NCBI GenBank assembly: GCA_045105515.1
Contig: JBGCDR010000010.1
Span: 1 to 17,341 of the forward strand
Reading direction: 5' to 3'
Source of the DNA: Oligoflexales bacterium
Lineage (GTDB): Bacteria > Bdellovibrionota_B > Oligoflexia > Oligoflexales > Bog-1112
DNA: 17,341 nucleotides
Shown here: piece after piece, positions 16,115 through 17,341 of the stretch
How positions within the stretch are numbered: position 1 is the first letter of the stretch
Layout: each line of letters opens with the position of its first letter
Translations under genes and position numbers: made by a program
The notes under the pieces: model-generated
What the model saw: only the letters and a program-made list of their open reading frames with translations
Database searches by the model: none
Told to the model about the DNA's origin: nothing

Positions 16115-16879
16115 TCAGCTAGCAATAAATGTTTTTGATCGATCAAGCTTTAGCTTGAGGCGCTCTAATGCTACTGACCTTATTTGGCTAATTCTAGATT
16201 CAGAAAGTTCAAGAACATAAGCGCATTCTTTCAAATTTAATTCATAAAAATAGTATAGATTTAAAACCATGGAATGCTGTTTTGGAAGGGTACTAAGATA
16301 AAATTTTAACTCAGTAAAGTTTTCTCTTAAAATAGTTTTATCTTCTACGGTTATACTGGTCGATTCATCTAATAATTCGTATGACCCACCTTCAAAATCG
16401 TCAGAATTGCGGGTTAAAGAAACTTCAATGGGAGAAAAGTATGTACTCAAATATCTATGATATTCCGAAGTATCAATACCCATTGCTTCAGAAAGTTCTG
16501 CAATCGATGGTTTCCTGCCAAGTTTCTGTTCAAGTTCTTTTTCTTTCTTCTGCTTTAATTTTATCTTATCTCTCACTGATCTAGGAACTAAATCTAGATT
16601 TCTCAGTTCATCTAGGATTGCACCTCTTATACGCCACTCACCATAAGTTTTAAACTTGTTTTCCATGGTGGGATCATATTTGTCGATTGCTTCAAGCAGT
16701 CCTATGAATCCAGTGCTGATGAGGTCGTTGATATCAACTGATGCGGGAAGTCTTGCAGCGATTCGTCGCGCAATGAATGAAACAAGAGGAGCGTAATCGT
16801 TCACTAGCTGAGATTTCAGCTTGTCGTTGAATTGGCCAGAATTTGCGAAATGTTCGACTTTTAAAGCCTGTTCTTGCAT
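16115..16879 (-). CDS. fliA: FliA/WhiG family RNA polymerase sigma factor (sigma-28)
   Basis: YAPLVSFIARRIAARLPASV, DLISTGFIGLLEAI, FKTY..WRIRGAILDELR..D.VPRSVR, LGRKP, LNLKE...LSESRISQI; GGAGG RBS. Confidence 0.92.
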   Translation of the reverse strand: MQEQALKVEHFANSGQFNDKLKSQLVNDYAPLVSFIARRIAARLPASVDINDLISTGFIGLLEAIDKYDPTMENKFKTYGEWRIRGAILDELRNLDLVPRSVRDKIKLKQKKEKELEQKLGRKPSIAELSEAMGIDTSEYHRYLSTYFSPIEVSLTRNSDDFEGGSYELLDESTSITVEDKTILRENFTELKFYLSTLPKQHSMVLNLYYFYELNLKECAYVLELSESRISQIRSVALERLKLKLDRSKTFIAS

Positions 16880-16995
16880 ATAAAGCCTCCGAGCGATGGT
16901 TGAGTTATCCTCTAAAACTCAAAATAAACCTATTTCTGCTTCGAAACTCGATACTTATCATTTTTGATACAATGTAGTGCTGTGGGAATTCTAAC

Positions 16996-17150
16996 AAAAA
17001 TTGTATTAAAAGTAAATATTATTTATTAAAAATTTTAATATATTTTATAAATATATGATTTAAATAATTTTTTTATAATATATTTATATTGATAATACAA
17101 TCTAATTATTTACATAAACATCTATAATTACGAACTTATATCATTAAAAA
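16996..17150. other. extremely AT-rich intergenic tract upstream of fliA
   Basis: Stretch is almost entirely A/T, far more so than the surrounding coding DNA. Confidence 0.6.
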
Positions 17151-17152
17151 CT

Positions 17153-17179
17153 TCAAGTATCCTTACTTTGAGCCGACAC
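17153..17179 (+). promoter_or_regulatory. weak sigma-28-type promoter pointing out of the window
   Basis: TCAAG-N14-GCCGACAC; the target gene is not visible. Confidence 0.3.
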
Positions 17180-17341
17180 TCGACATATTGAAAACAATCA
17201 ACTTTCTCTAGTTTGGACAAAAAAAACTCTCAAATCATGCAGCGCGATATCGCCGAATTAAAGCTACCTAATATTTTACTTTCCCGCGACAATCCATTGG
17301 AAATAGAATTGAGCAAAATAAAATCAACCGGTGAGAGATTT

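Noticed and set aside
689..16584. remaining short ORFs nested in or antisense to the main genes (e.g. 689..883, 1249..1440, 3582..4384, 6206..6626, 10074..11339, 12089..13519, 14004..15464, 16381..16584)
   Set aside because: Shadow frames of well-supported CDSs, with no motifs of their own.
16996..17150. replication origin (AT-rich unwinding element)
   Set aside because: No cluster of DnaA boxes or iterons seen nearby.
1..17341. CRISPR array, tRNA/rRNA, transposase or integrase
   Set aside because: No regularly spaced repeats, stable-RNA signatures or recombinase ORFs were seen.

Overview
AT-rich bacterial window with no mobile element or CRISPR array that I can support. The gene style (many Cys-anchored lipoproteins with acidic tethers, Deltaproteobacteria-like TonB receptor and FliA) tentatively suggests a Bdellovibrionota/Oligoflexia-like host; this is inference only. 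In order: a tiny lipoprotein ORF, zur with a Zur-box-like palindrome, moaB, a DUF3299 gene with a possibly damaged 5' end, a coupled lipoprotein + TonB-dependent receptor pair (BtuG/BtuB-like) behind a structured unclassified leader, an M28 peptidase lipoprotein, a single-domain response regulator, a secreted hypothetical protein with a possible His/Cys permuted-papain dyad, an NfeD + flotillin operon, a small membrane protein, a solitary cholesterol-dependent-cytolysin-like (CDCL) lipoprotein, an NhaC-family transporter under a clear lysine riboswitch (LysW-like), and a FliA/WhiG sigma-28 gene with no flagellar gene in the window. Four intergenic regions carry correctly oriented sigma-28-type promoters in front of non-flagellar genes. 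All calls come from motifs read by eye; no database searches were run.
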